NCBI RefSeq assembly: GCF_902652985.1
Contig: NC_047029.1
Coordinates: forward strand, 21,018,001 to 21,082,000
Source: Pecten maximus
Lineage: Eukaryota
DNA: 64,000 nucleotides
Direction of reading: 5' to 3'
Made by a program: the position numbers and the translations under genes
The notes under the pieces: model-generated
Database searches by the model: none
The model's input: the letters and a program-made list of their open reading frames with translations, nothing else
Told to the model about the DNA's origin: nothing
Part shown: positions 13,120 through 25,468 of the stretch, piece by piece
Numbering within the stretch: position 1 is the first letter of the stretch
Layout: every line of letters begins with the position of its first letter

Positions 13120-14088
13120 TCTAGTGAGATACAATAGTCCAACATTATAAAGGGTTAGTATACACCCCCTCCCCGTGACCTAGTGAGATACAATATTCCA
13201 TCATTATAAAGGGTTAGTATACATCCCTCCCCGTGACCTAGTGAGATACAATATTCCATCATTATAAAGGGTTAGTATACACCCCCTCCCCGTGACCTAG
13301 TGAGATACAATAGTCCATCATTATCAAGGGTTATTATACATCCCCTCCCCGTGACCTAGTCAGATACAATATTCCAACATTATAAAGGGTTATTATACAC
13401 CCCCACCCCGTGACCTAGTGAGATACAATAGTCTATCATTATAAAGGGTTATTATACATCCCCTCCCGTGACCTAGAGATATACAATGGTCAACATTATA
13501 AAGGGTTATTATACACCCCTCCCCGTGACCTAGTGAGATACAATAGTCAACATTATAAAGGGTTATTATACAACCCCTCCCCGTGACCTAATGAGATACA
13601 ACAGTCCTACATTATAAAGGGTTATTATACATCCCCTCCCCGTGACCTAATGAGATACAACAGTCCTACATTATAAAGGGTTATTATACAACCCCTCCCC
13701 GTGACCTAATCAGATAAAATATTCCTACATTATAAAGGGTTAGTATACACCCCCTCCACGTGACCTAGTGAGAAACAATAGTCCAACATTATACAGGGTT
13801 ATTATACACCCCCTCCCCGTGACCTAGTGAGATACAATGGTCCAACATTATACAGGGTTATTATACACCCCCTCCCCCATTGACCTAGTGAGATACAATA
13901 GTCCAACATTATAAAGGGTTTGTATACATCCCCTCCACGTGACCTAGTGAGATACAATAGTTCTACATTAAAAAAGGTTAGTATACATCCCCTCCACGTG
14001 ACCTAGTGATATACAATAGTCCAACATTATAAAGGGTTAATATACATCCCCTCCCCGTGACCAAGTGAGAAATACTAGTCCAATATTA
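13120..14088. repeat. 59-bp minisatellite array 2 (~16 units)
   Basis: Same consensus as array 1. Confidence 0.95.
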
Positions 14089-14944
14089 AAAATATACGGT
14101 ATTTCCTCGTTAAACATTGCCTGTGTTCATTGAAAAAACTATAAGACAATGTGTTTGATACACTCTTCATCTTAAACTTCAGCGGGAATTTGATTTTTGC
14201 ATGTTGAAAATCGGTAGGTGCTTAATATCGGTACTAAAATAATGAGTTAAAAGGAAAAATAATTGGCATTATCTCCTTAATCACGATTATGGCATTGAAA
14301 ACAAAACGATAAGCGGTATTATCTCCTTAATTACGATTATGGCATTGAAAACAAAACAATACGCGGCATTATCTCCTTAATTACGATTATGGCATTGAAA
14401 ACAAAGCAATAAGCGGTATTCATTAAATTACATATTTCTTCACCTTGTGAGTCGTTTCTCGGGAAATTTCAGAAAGACATCAGTATAAGATTATACTTTC
14501 TGTTTTAAATTTTAAGACAATGATTGCTTCATTCTCTGTTGTTATCAATCGAGTGTTACAATTTTAGTCGTTCTAGTTCCTAGGAAAGTTCCCCGTCCTC
14601 CCTCGGCCTCGGTGAGTACTGACCTGTGTATCCATCAGCACGGCCACAAAACGATTATACGATCAGTATGAGAACACCTTCCTATGTAAATCAAATGACC
14701 TATATATGAGACAAAAATAGATCTGTTCCTCCCATTACAGGCCTTTCTTTTCTTTACTGCTCTTTATATGTAGACCTTTTTGTACTGTTGCTGTCTCCCT
14801 GTCTCGTGTCGTCAAATGACCTTGGTTGCTGTAAGGATGTTGACCCCGTTAAAACTTAATATCTTATACCACCTTTATAATCACAATGCTCTAGTGTCAG
14901 TATTTATTAGGTACTAAAATAACTTATTAAGTTTTAAAACTAAA

Positions 14945-17077
14945 CAAGAGATCCCAGAGGGATCTTGGCGCCCACCATTAAATGATCTTCATAGGTTCCA
15001 TGTCAGATTGATCTTTTCTCTACTTTTCCCTTCATTTTACTAATCTGTGCAAATTGAGACATCCCTCCAGTACTTTTCAAACAAGGGAATCCTAGCTATA
15101 TAAGAAATTTGAGATTTAAAGATAATGGCTGTTTGTTTGCCAGGTTGTTTTCAGGACAGACTGGTCCAAAAATGCAATACAAGGGACCAAGGGGAACCTA
15201 CTTATAAAATTTGAGAAAGATCCATTCATTACTTTGAGAAATAGAGATAACAAACTTCAATTGTCAAAATCCAAGATGGTGGTCTGTCGGCCATATTGTT
15301 TTCCAATTGATCTCAAAATACAATAAGCATAACGAGGCACCAAGGGGAACCTCCATATGAAATTTGAGAAAGATCCCTTCAGTACTTTCTCAGAAATAGT
15401 GATAACAAATTTCAATTGTCAAAATCCAAGATGGCTGCCTGTCGGCCATGTTATTTTCAGATTGGTCTCAAAATGCAATATGCATAACTAGGCACCAAGG
15501 GAAACTTACATATGAAATTTGAGAAAGATCCCTTAAATACTTTCTCAGAAATAGTGATAACAAACTTCAATTGTCAAAATCCAAGATGGCTGCCTGTCGG
15601 CCATGTTGTTTTCCGATTGGTCTCAAAACGCAATATGCATAACTAGGCACCAAGGGAAACTTACATATGAAATTTGAGAAAGATCCCTTAAATCCTTTCT
15701 CAGAAATAGTGATAACAAACTTCAATTGTCAAAATCCAAGATGGCTGCCTGTCGGCCAGGTTGTTTTCAGATTGGTCTCAAAACGCAATATGCATAACTA
15801 GGCACCAAGGGAAACCTACTTATGAAATTTCAGAAAGATCCATTCAGTACATTCTCAGAAATAGCGATAACAAACTTCAATTGTCAAAATCCAAGATGGC
15901 TGCCTGTCGGCCATGTTGTTTTCCGATTGGTCTCAAATCACAATATGCATAACTAGGCACCAAGGGGAACCTACATATGAAATTTGAGAAAGATCCCTTC
16001 AGTACTTTCTCAGAAATAGTGATAACAAACTTCAATTGTCAAAATCCAAGATGGCTGCCTGTCGGCCATGTTGTTTTCGGATTGGTCTCAAAACGCAATA
16101 TGCATAACTAGGCACCAAGGGGAACCTTCATATGAAATTTGAGAAAGATCCCTTCAGTACTTTCTCAGAAATAGCGATAACAAACTTCAATTGTCAAAAT
16201 CCAAGATGGCTGCCTGTCGGCCATGTTGTTTTCAGATTGGTCTCAAAACGCAATATGCATAACAAGGCACCAAGGGGAACCTTCATATGAAATTTGAGAA
16301 AGATCCCTTCAGTACTTTCTCAGAAATAGCGATAACAAACTTCAATTGTCAAAATCCAAGATGTCTGCCTGTCGGCCATGTTGTTTTCGGATTGGTCTCA
16401 AAATGCAATATGCATAACTAGGCACCAAGGGGAACCTACATATGAAATTTGAGAAAGATCCCTTCGGTACTTTTTCAGAAATAGCGATAACAAACTTCAA
16501 TTGTCAAAATCCAAGATGGCTGCCTGTCGGCCATGTTGTTTTCGGATTGGTCTCAAAACGCAATATGCATAACTAGGCACCAAGGGGAACCTTCATATGA
16601 AATTTGAGAAAGATCCCTTCAGTACTTTCTCAGAAATAGCGATAACAAACTTTAATTGTCAAAATCCAAGATGGCTGCCTGTCGGCCATGTTGTTTTCCG
16701 ATTGGTCTCAAAACGCAATATGCATAACTAGGCACCAAGGAGAACCTTCATATGAAATTTGAGAAAGATCCCTTCAGTACTTTCTCAGAAATAGCGATAA
16801 CAAACTTTAATTGTCAAAATCCAAGATGGCTGCTTGTCGGCCATGTTGTTTTCGGATTGGTCTCAAAACGCAATATGCATAACTAGGCACCAAGGGGAAC
16901 CTACATATGAAATTTGAGAAAGATCCCTTCAGTACTTTCTGAGAAATAGCGATAACAAGAATTGTTTACGGACGGAGGGACGGACGGACGGACGGACGGA
17001 CGGACGGACGGACGGACGGACCACGGACCACGGACGCAGGGCGATTTGAATAGCCCACCATCATCAGATGGTGGGCT
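14945..17077 (+). mobile_element. Intact non-autonomous Helentron/HINE (DINE-1/pearl-like) carrying a 155-bp satellite array
   Basis: Left subterminal hairpin (AAGAGATCCCAGAGGGATCTTG), ~12 x 155-bp repeats, a (GGAC)n tract and a right hairpin AGCCCACCATC-ATCA-GATGGTGGGCT. Inserted in an A-run; the empty site AACTAAAAAATGTCATA is visible in the paralogous unit at ~20534-20550. Confidence 0.9.
15110..16960. repeat. 155-bp satellite array (~12 units) inside the HINE
   Basis: AACTAGGCAC recurs at 15641, 15796, 15951 and onward (period 155). A stray fragment of the same unit lies at ~63273-63337. Confidence 0.95.
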
Positions 17078-18186
17078 AAAAATGTCATAATCATATCGTA
17101 GCCGCGTGACCTTTGCATGAAGATTGACCGAAACCCATGAAATAATGAAGTTGCTGAGTGTTTAAATTGAATCAGCTAGTGCTTTTATCTATGGAGCGAG
17201 TATCACCTTTGTCTTGACTTTAATACTATGAAAAACAATGGTGTTTATATAATAATACTGGACCTTTGTATAGTGATGCTGTTAAATGTCTCATAAGCCA
17301 ATCCTGGCTGGGTATCAGTTCTGAGTATGCACCTATTTTACTGTACACTTGTATAATTTTTCTGTGGTATAAACATGTATGACTTTATATAATATGCAAT
17401 GAACTGTGATCCATGATTATTGTATTTTTAACATTAAATCGGAATGGGACGCGCAACGGGACTGGACGCGACGGGAATGGACAACATTATATCCCACGTA
17501 ATAAGGTCAATATAAACGTTAAATTCTGAATGGAGAAATGCCAAAGCCAAATAACTTTATAATTACCAGTATGGCGAAAAGAAAGTTAACAAAATAACAA
17601 CTTTAACAGTTGTCAGGGGTATTTACTCCACAGTACAACTATATTCAGTACAAACAATGCACACGTAAAACAAACACGTTACTCTGTAGTAGTTGTCTTA
17701 CCTCGTAATCCCGAGCGATGAACTTTTCAGCCTATATCACACTTACATAAACCAAATGTTACGTACTTCTGTCACTATGAAGAAATCCGAGAAGTAAAAT
17801 CTCACTAGGGCAAAGCGAACATCAATTCACATTTTCAGCGGAACCATTCTGATAATTTCTAGCATTGAATCACTAAACCATCTGAGTCGACAGTCCTATT
17901 TAACACCACCCTTTTCCCATATGGTGTAAACTAGATATATGTGAAGCCTTATCGGACGGACCTGGTGAACGTGATACCCCTTTCTGTTGACGCAGACATG
18001 CACGTAAAATATGGGTCTCGCAAAATTAATAATGTTGCATTCTTATGACACTACATTTATTTTCAGGGATTGGTGAAACTAGACCAATTGTTACATGCAT
18101 CAACACCTCTATTAAAATGTCAATCAAACACTTTATAGCAAAATTAACTTTCGGGACAAAAAGGGTAAACAATACTGTCAACGTAA

Positions 18187-19686
18187 TCTAGTGAGATACA
18201 ATATTCCATCATTATAAAGGGTTAGTATACATCCCCTCCCCGTGACCTAGTGAGATACAATATTCCATCATTATCAAGGGTTATTATACACCCCATCCCC
18301 GTGACCTAGTGAGATACAATATTCCATCATTATAAAGGGTTAGTATACACCCCCTCCCCGTGACCTAGTGAGATACAATATTCCATCATTATAAAGGGTT
18401 AGTATACACCCCCTCCCCGTGACATAGTGAGATACAATATTCCATCATTATAAAGGGTTAGTATACACCCCCTCCCCGTGACATAGTGAGATACAATATT
18501 CCATCATTATAAAGGGTTAGTATACACCCCATCCCCGTGACCTAGTGAGATACAATATTCCATCATTATAAAGGGTTAGTATACACCCCCTCCCCGTGAC
18601 ATAGTGAGATACAATATTCCATCATTATAAAGGGTTAGTATACACCCCATCCCCGTGACCTAGTGAGATACAATATTCCATCATTATAAAGGGTTAGTAT
18701 ACACCCCCTCCCCGTGACCTAGTGAGATACAATAGTCAACATTATAAAGGGTTATTATACAACCCCTCCCCGTGACCTAATGAGATACAACAGTCCTACA
18801 TTATAAAGGGTTATTATACATCCCCTCCCCGTGACCTAATGAGATACAACAGTCCTACATTATAAAGGGTTATTATACAACCCCTCCCCGTGACCTAATC
18901 AGATAAAATATTCCTACATTATAAAGGGTTAGTATACACCCCCTCCCCGTGACCTAGTGAGAAACAATAGTCCAACATTATACAGGGTTATTATACACCC
19001 CCTCCCCGTGACCTAGTGAGATACAATGGTCCAACATTATACAGGGTTATTATACACCCCCTCCCCGTGACCTAGTGAGATGCAATGGTCCAATATTATA
19101 AAGGGTTATTATACATCCCCTCCCCGTGTCCTAGTGAGATACAATAGTCCAACATTATAAAGGGTTATTATACAACCCCTGCCCGTGACCTAGTGAGATA
19201 CAATATTCCAACATTATAAAGGGTTATTATACACCCCCTCCCCGTGTCCTAGTGAGATACAATAGTCCAACATTATAAGGGTTATTATACACCCCCTCCC
19301 CGTGACCTAGTGAGATACAATAGTCCAACATTAAAGGGTTATTATACATCCCCTCCCCGTGACCTAGTGAGATACAATAGTCCATCATTATAAAGGGTTA
19401 TTATACAACCCCTCCCCGTGACCTAGTGAGATACAATGGTCCAATATTATAAAGGGTTATTATACATCCCCTCCCCGTGTCCTAGTGCGATACAATAGTC
19501 CAACATTATAAAGGGTTTGTATCAATCCCCTCCACGTGACCTAGTGAGATACAATAGTTCTACATTAAAAAAGGTTAGTATACATCCCCTCCACGTGACC
19601 TAGTGATATACAATAGTCCAACATTATAAAGGGTTAATATACATCCCCTCCCCGTGACCAAGTGAGAAATACTAGTCCAATATTAA
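18187..19686. repeat. 59-bp minisatellite array 3 (~25 units)
   Basis: Same consensus; a homogenised ATATTCCATC/TTAGTATAC block at the left end. Confidence 0.95.
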
Positions 19687-21615
19687 AAATATACGGTATT
19701 TCCTCGTTAAACATTGTCTGTGTTCATTGAAAAAACTATAAGACAATGTGTGTGATACACTCTTCATCTTAAACTTCAGCGGGAATTTGATTTTTGCATG
19801 TTGAAAATCGGTAGGTGCTTAATATCGGTCCTAAAATAATGAGTTAAAAGGAAAAATAATTGGCATTATCTCCTTAATCACGATTATGGCATTGAAAACA
19901 AAACGATAAGCGGTATTATCTCCTTAATTACGATTATGGCATTGAAAACAAAACAATACGCGGCATTATCTCCTTAATTACGATTATGGCATTGAAAACA
20001 AAGCAATACGCGGTATTCATTAAATTACATATTTCTTCACCTTGTGAGTCGTTTCTTGGGAAATTTCAGAAAGACACCAGTGTAAGATTATAATCTCTGT
20101 TTTAAATTTTAAGACAATGATTGCTTCATTCTCTGTTGTTATCAATCGAGCGTTGCAATTTTAGTCGTTCTAGTTCCTAGGAAAGTTCCCCGTCCTCCCT
20201 CGTCCTCGGTGAGTACTGACCTGTGTATCCATCAGCACGGTCACAAAACGATTATACGATCAGTATGAGAACACCTTCCTATGTAAATCAAATGACCTAT
20301 ATATGAGACAAAAATAGATCTGTTCCTCCCATTACAGGCCTTTCTTTTCTTTACTGCTCTTTATATGTAGACCTTTTTGTACTGTTGCTGTCTCCCTGTC
20401 TCGTGTCGTCAAATGACCTTGGTTGCTGTAAGGATGTTGACCCCGTTAAAACTTAATATCTTATACCACCTTAATAATCACAATGCTCTAGTTTCAGTAT
20501 TTATTAGGTACTTAAATAACTTATAAGTTTTAAAACTAAAAAATGTCATAATCATATCGTAGCCGCGTGACCTTTGCATGAAGATTGACCGAAACCCATG
20601 AAATAATGAAGTTGCTGAGTGTTTAAATTGAATCAGCTAGTGCTTTTATCTATGGAGCGAGTATCACCTTTGTCTTGACTTTAATACTATGAAAAACAAT
20701 GGTGATGCTGGTAAATGTCTCATAAGCCAATCCTGGCTGGGTATCAGTTCTGAGTATGCACCTATTTTACTGTACACTTGCATAATTTTTCTGTGGTATA
20801 AACATGTATGACTTTATATAATATGCAATGAACTGTGATCCATGATTATTGTATTTTTAACATTAAATCGGAATGGGACGCGCAACGGGACTGGACGCGA
20901 CGGGAATGGACAACACTACATCACAAGTAATAAGGTCAATATAAACGTTAAATTCTGAATGGAGAAATGCCAAAGCCAAATAACTTTATAATTACCAGTA
21001 TGGCGAAAAGAAAGTTAACAAAATAACAACTTTAACAGTTGTCAGGGGTATTTACTCCACAGTACAACTATATTCAGTACAAACAATGCACACGTAAAAC
21101 AAACACGTTACTCTGTAGTACTTGTCTTACCTCGTAATCCCGAGCGATGAACTTTTCAGCCTATATCACACTTACATAAACCAAATGTTACGTACTCCTG
21201 TCACTATGAAGAAATCCGAGAAGTAAAATCTCACTAGGGCAAAGCGAACATCAATTCACATTTTCAGCGGAACCATTCTGATAATTTCTAGCATTGAATC
21301 ACTAAACCATCTGAGTCGACAGTCCTATTTAACACCACCCTTTTCCCATATGGTGTAAACTAGATATATGTGAAGCCTTATCGGACGGACCTGGTGAGCG
21401 TGATACCCCTTTCTGTTGACGCAGACATGCACGTACAATATGGGTCTCGCAAAATTAATAATGTTGCATTCTTATGACACTACATTTATTTTCAGGGATT
21501 GGTGAAACTAGACCAATTGTTACATGCATCAACACCTCTATTAAAATGTCAATCAAACACTTTATAGCAAAATTAAATTTCGGGACAAAAAGGGTAAACA
21601 ACACTGTCAACGTAA

Positions 21616-24600
21616 TCTAGTGAGATACAATATTCCATCATTATAAAGGGTTAGTATACACCCCTCCCCGTGACCTAGTGAGATACAATATTCCATCATT
21701 ATCAAGGGTTATTATACACCCCCTCCCCGTGACCTAGTGAGATACAATAGTCCATCATTATAAAGGGTTATTATACATCCCTCCCCGTGACCTAGTGAGA
21801 TACAATATTCCAACATTATAAAGGGTTATTATACACCCCTCCCCGTGACCTAGTGAGATACAATAGTCCATCATTATAAAAGGTTATTATACACCCCTCC
21901 CCGTGACCTAGTGAGATACAATAGTCCAACATTATAAAGGGTTAGTATACACCCCCTCCCCGTGACCTAGTCAGATACAATATTCCATCATTATAAAGGG
22001 TTAGTATACACCCCCTCCCCGTGACCTAGTGAGATACAATAGTCCAACATTATAAAGGGTTAGTATACACCCCCTCCCCGTGACCTAGTGAGATACAATA
22101 GTCCAACATTATAAAGGGTTATCATACAACCCCTCCCCGTGACCTAGTGAGATACAATATTCCATCATTATAAAAGGTTATTATACACCCCCTCCCCGTG
22201 ACCTAGTGAGATACAATATTCCATCATTATAAAGGGTTAGTATACACCCCCTCCCCGTGACCTAATGAGATACAACAGTCCAATATTATAAAGGGTTATT
22301 ATACATCCCCTCCCCGTGACCTAGTCAGATACAATAGTCCAACATTATAAAGGGTTAGTATACACCCCCTCCCCGTGACCTAGTTATACAATAGTCCAAC
22401 ATTATAAAGGGTTAGTATACACCCCTCCCCGTGACCTAGTTATACAATAGTCCAACATCATAAAGGGTTATTATACAACCCCTCCCCGTGACCTAGGGAG
22501 ATACAATAGTACAACATTATAAAGGGTTATTATACAACCCCTGCCCGTGACCTAGTGAGATACAATGGTCCAACATTATAAAGGGTTATTATACAACCCC
22601 TCCCCGTGTCATAGTGAGATACAATAGTCCAACATTATAAAGGGTTAGTATACATCCCCTCCCCGTGACCTAGTGATATACAATAGTCCATCATTATAAA
22701 GGGTTATTATACACCCCCTCCCCGTGACCTAGTGATATACAATAGTACAACATTATAAAGGGTTATTATACAACCCCTCCCCGTGACCTAGTGAGATACA
22801 ATGGTCCAACATTATAAAGGGTTATTATACAACCCCTCCCCGTGTCATAGTGAGATACAATAGTCCAACATTATAAAGGGTTATTATACACCCCCTCCCC
22901 GTGACCTAGTGAGATACAATAGTCCAACATTATAAAGGGTTAGTATACATCCCCTCCCCGTGACCTAGTGATATACAATAGTCCATCATTATAAAGGGTT
23001 ATTATACACCCCCTCCCCGTGACCTAGTGAGATACAATAGTCCAACATTATAAAGGGTTATTATACATCCCCTCCCTGTGACCTAGTGAGATACAATAGT
23101 CCATCATTATAAAGGGTTATTATACACCCCCTCCCCGTGTCCTAGTGAGATACAATGGTCCAACATTATAAAGGGTTATTATACATCCCCTCCCCGTGAC
23201 CTAATGAGATATTTGGTTTGTTTATTTGTTTGTTTTAACGTCCTATTAACAGCCAGGGTCATTTAAGGACGTGTCAGGTTTTGGAGGTGGAGGAAAGCCG
23301 GAGTACCCGGAGAAAAACCACCGGCCTACGGTCAGTACCTGGCAACTGCCCCACGTAGGTTTCGAACTCGCAACCCAGTGGTGGAGGGCTAGTGATAAAG
23401 TGTCGGGACACGTTAACCACACGGCCACCGCGGCCCCTCCTAATGAGATGAGATACAACAGTCCAACATTATAAAGGGTTATTATACACCCCCTCCCCGT
23501 GACCTAGTGAGATACAATGGTCCAACATTATAAAGGGTTATTATACACCCCCTCCCCGTGACGTAGTGAGATACAATAGTCATTATTATACAGGGTCAGT
23601 ATACACCCCCTCCCCGTGACCTAGTGACATACAATAGTCCAACATTATACAGGGTTAGTATACACCCCCTCCCCGTGACCTAGTGAGATACAATGGTCCA
23701 ACATTATAAAGGGTTAGTATACATCCCCTCCCCGTGACCTAGTGAGATACAATAGTCCAACATTATACAGGGTTAGTATACACCCCCTCCCCGTGACCTA
23801 GTGAGATACAATCGTCCATCACTATAAAGGGTTATTATACAACCCCTCCCCGTTACCTAGTGAGACACAATAGTCCAACATTATAAAGGGTTATTATACA
23901 TCCCCTCCCCGTGACCTAGTGATATACAATAGTCCATCATTATACAGGGTTATTATACACCCCCTCCCCGTGTCCTAATGATATACAATAGTCCAACATT
24001 ATAAAGGGTTATTATACACCCCCTCCCCGTGTCCTAATGATATACAATAGACCTACATTATAAAGGGTTATTATACACCCCCTCCCCGTGACCTAGTGAG
24101 ATACAATAGTTCAACATTATAAAGGGTTATTATACAACCCCTCCCCGTGACCTAGTGATATACAATAGTCCAACATTATAAAGGGTTATTATACAACCCC
24201 TCCCCGTGACCTAGTGAGATACAATAGTCAACATTATAGAGGGTTATTATACACCCCCCCTCCCCGTGACCTAGTGAGATACAATAGTCATTATTATACA
24301 GGGTTAGTATACACCCCCTCCCCGTGACCTAGTTATACAATAGTCCAACATTATAAAGGGTTATTATACACCCCCTCCCCCTGACCTAGTGATATACAAT
24401 AGACCTACATTATAAAGGGTTATTATACACCCCCTCCCCGTGACCTAGTGAGATACAATAGTCCAACATTATAAAGGGTTATTATACAACCCCTCCCCGT
24501 GACCTAGTGATATACAATAGTCCAACATTATAAAGGGTTATTATACAACCCCTCCCCGTGACCTAGTGAGATACAAGTCAACATTATAGAGGGTTATTAT

Positions 24601-25118
24601 ACACCCCCCCTCCCCGTGACCTAGTGATATACAATAGTCCAACATTATAAAGGGTTATTATACAACCCCTCCCCGTGACCTAGTGATATACAACAGTCCT
24701 ACATTATAAAGGGTTATTATACAACCCCTCCCCATGACCTAGTGAGATACAATAGTCCAACATTATAAAGGGTTATTATACAACCCCTCCCCGTGACCTA
24801 GTGATATACAATAGTCCTACATTATAAAGGGTTATTATACAACCCCTCCCCGTGACCTAGTGAGATACAATAGTCCAACATTATAAAGGGTTATTATACA
24901 TCCCCTCCCCGTGACCTAGTGAGATACAATGGTCCAACATTATAAAGGGTTATTATACACCCCCTCCCCGTAACCTAGTGAGATACAATGGTCCAACATT
25001 ATAAAGGGTTATTATACATCCCCTCCCCGTGACCTAATGAGATACAATAGTCCAACATTATAAAAGGTTATTATACAACCCCTCCCCGTTACCTAGTGAG
25101 ATACAATAGTCAGCATTA
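21616..25118. repeat. 59-bp minisatellite array 4 (~55 units, interrupted by a SINE)
   Basis: Same consensus; lacks the terminal variant units and segment B seen after arrays 1-3. Confidence 0.95.
23212..23437 (-). mobile_element. tRNA-derived V-SINE, full length, with TSD
   Basis: Minus strand GGGGCCGCGGTGGCCGTGTGG (A box), GTTCGAAACC (B box), V-core TTTCTCCGGGTACTCCGGCTTTCCTCCAC and (AAAC)-rich tail. CCTAATGAGAT is duplicated at 23200-23210 and 23439-23449. Confidence 0.9.
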
Positions 25119-25129
25119 ATTTCTTTTTT

Positions 25130-25468
25130 TCATGTCCTCTATATATCCTTTTCTCTAATTTAGGAAATTTAAATCTGGAGGTTGTCACTGATTTAGACTA
25201 ACTGCTCAAAGGAAATGAATATCACCCAGTATACGAACAATCTTAGAAGTTTGCAAAATCATTTAAACTCCAGCCAAAGGTTTCGGTAATGTGATATCAA
25301 ATGATATACATCTTTTTTAAATTATTTGTAAAAACAAATGGTATTCATTGTGATCACGTTATGTTATTTCTCAGTTTATATATGATGTATTTTGGAGAAG
25401 GCCTTAGTAACGCTGTAATAATCCTTTATGCTTTTGAAGCAAATAAAATATGTTTAAATCAAATCAAC
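25130..25468 (+). mobile_element. 3'-terminal fragment of a CR1/L2-group LINE
   Basis: LLKGNE...SQRF-like end of ORF2, then GGAGAAGGCC...AATAAAATATGTTTAAATCAAATCAA, the same terminus type as at ~30210-30235. Confidence 0.6.

Larger units (their letters stand above)
9808..25118. repeat. Four-copy tandem macro-repeat (units start ~9808, 12245, 17310, 20739); unit = ~870-bp segment A + 59-bp minisatellite + ~1.1-kb segment B
   Basis: Segment A (GGTATCAGTTCTGA...) occurs 4 times and segment B (AAAATATACGGTATTTCCTCG...) 3 times. ORFs 9724..10050 and 12188..12487 are identical over their first ~80 aa because of the duplication. Confidence 0.95.

Noticed and set aside
23246-23474. SINE ORFs (also 40838-41107) and a possible tRNA gene
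   Set aside because: tRNA-derived SINE head with V-core and tail; no complete cloverleaf was evident and the ORFs are incidental.
10676-25118. 59-bp and 155-bp arrays as CRISPR arrays
   Set aside because: Head-to-tail units with only point variants, no unique spacers, no cas genes, eukaryotic context.
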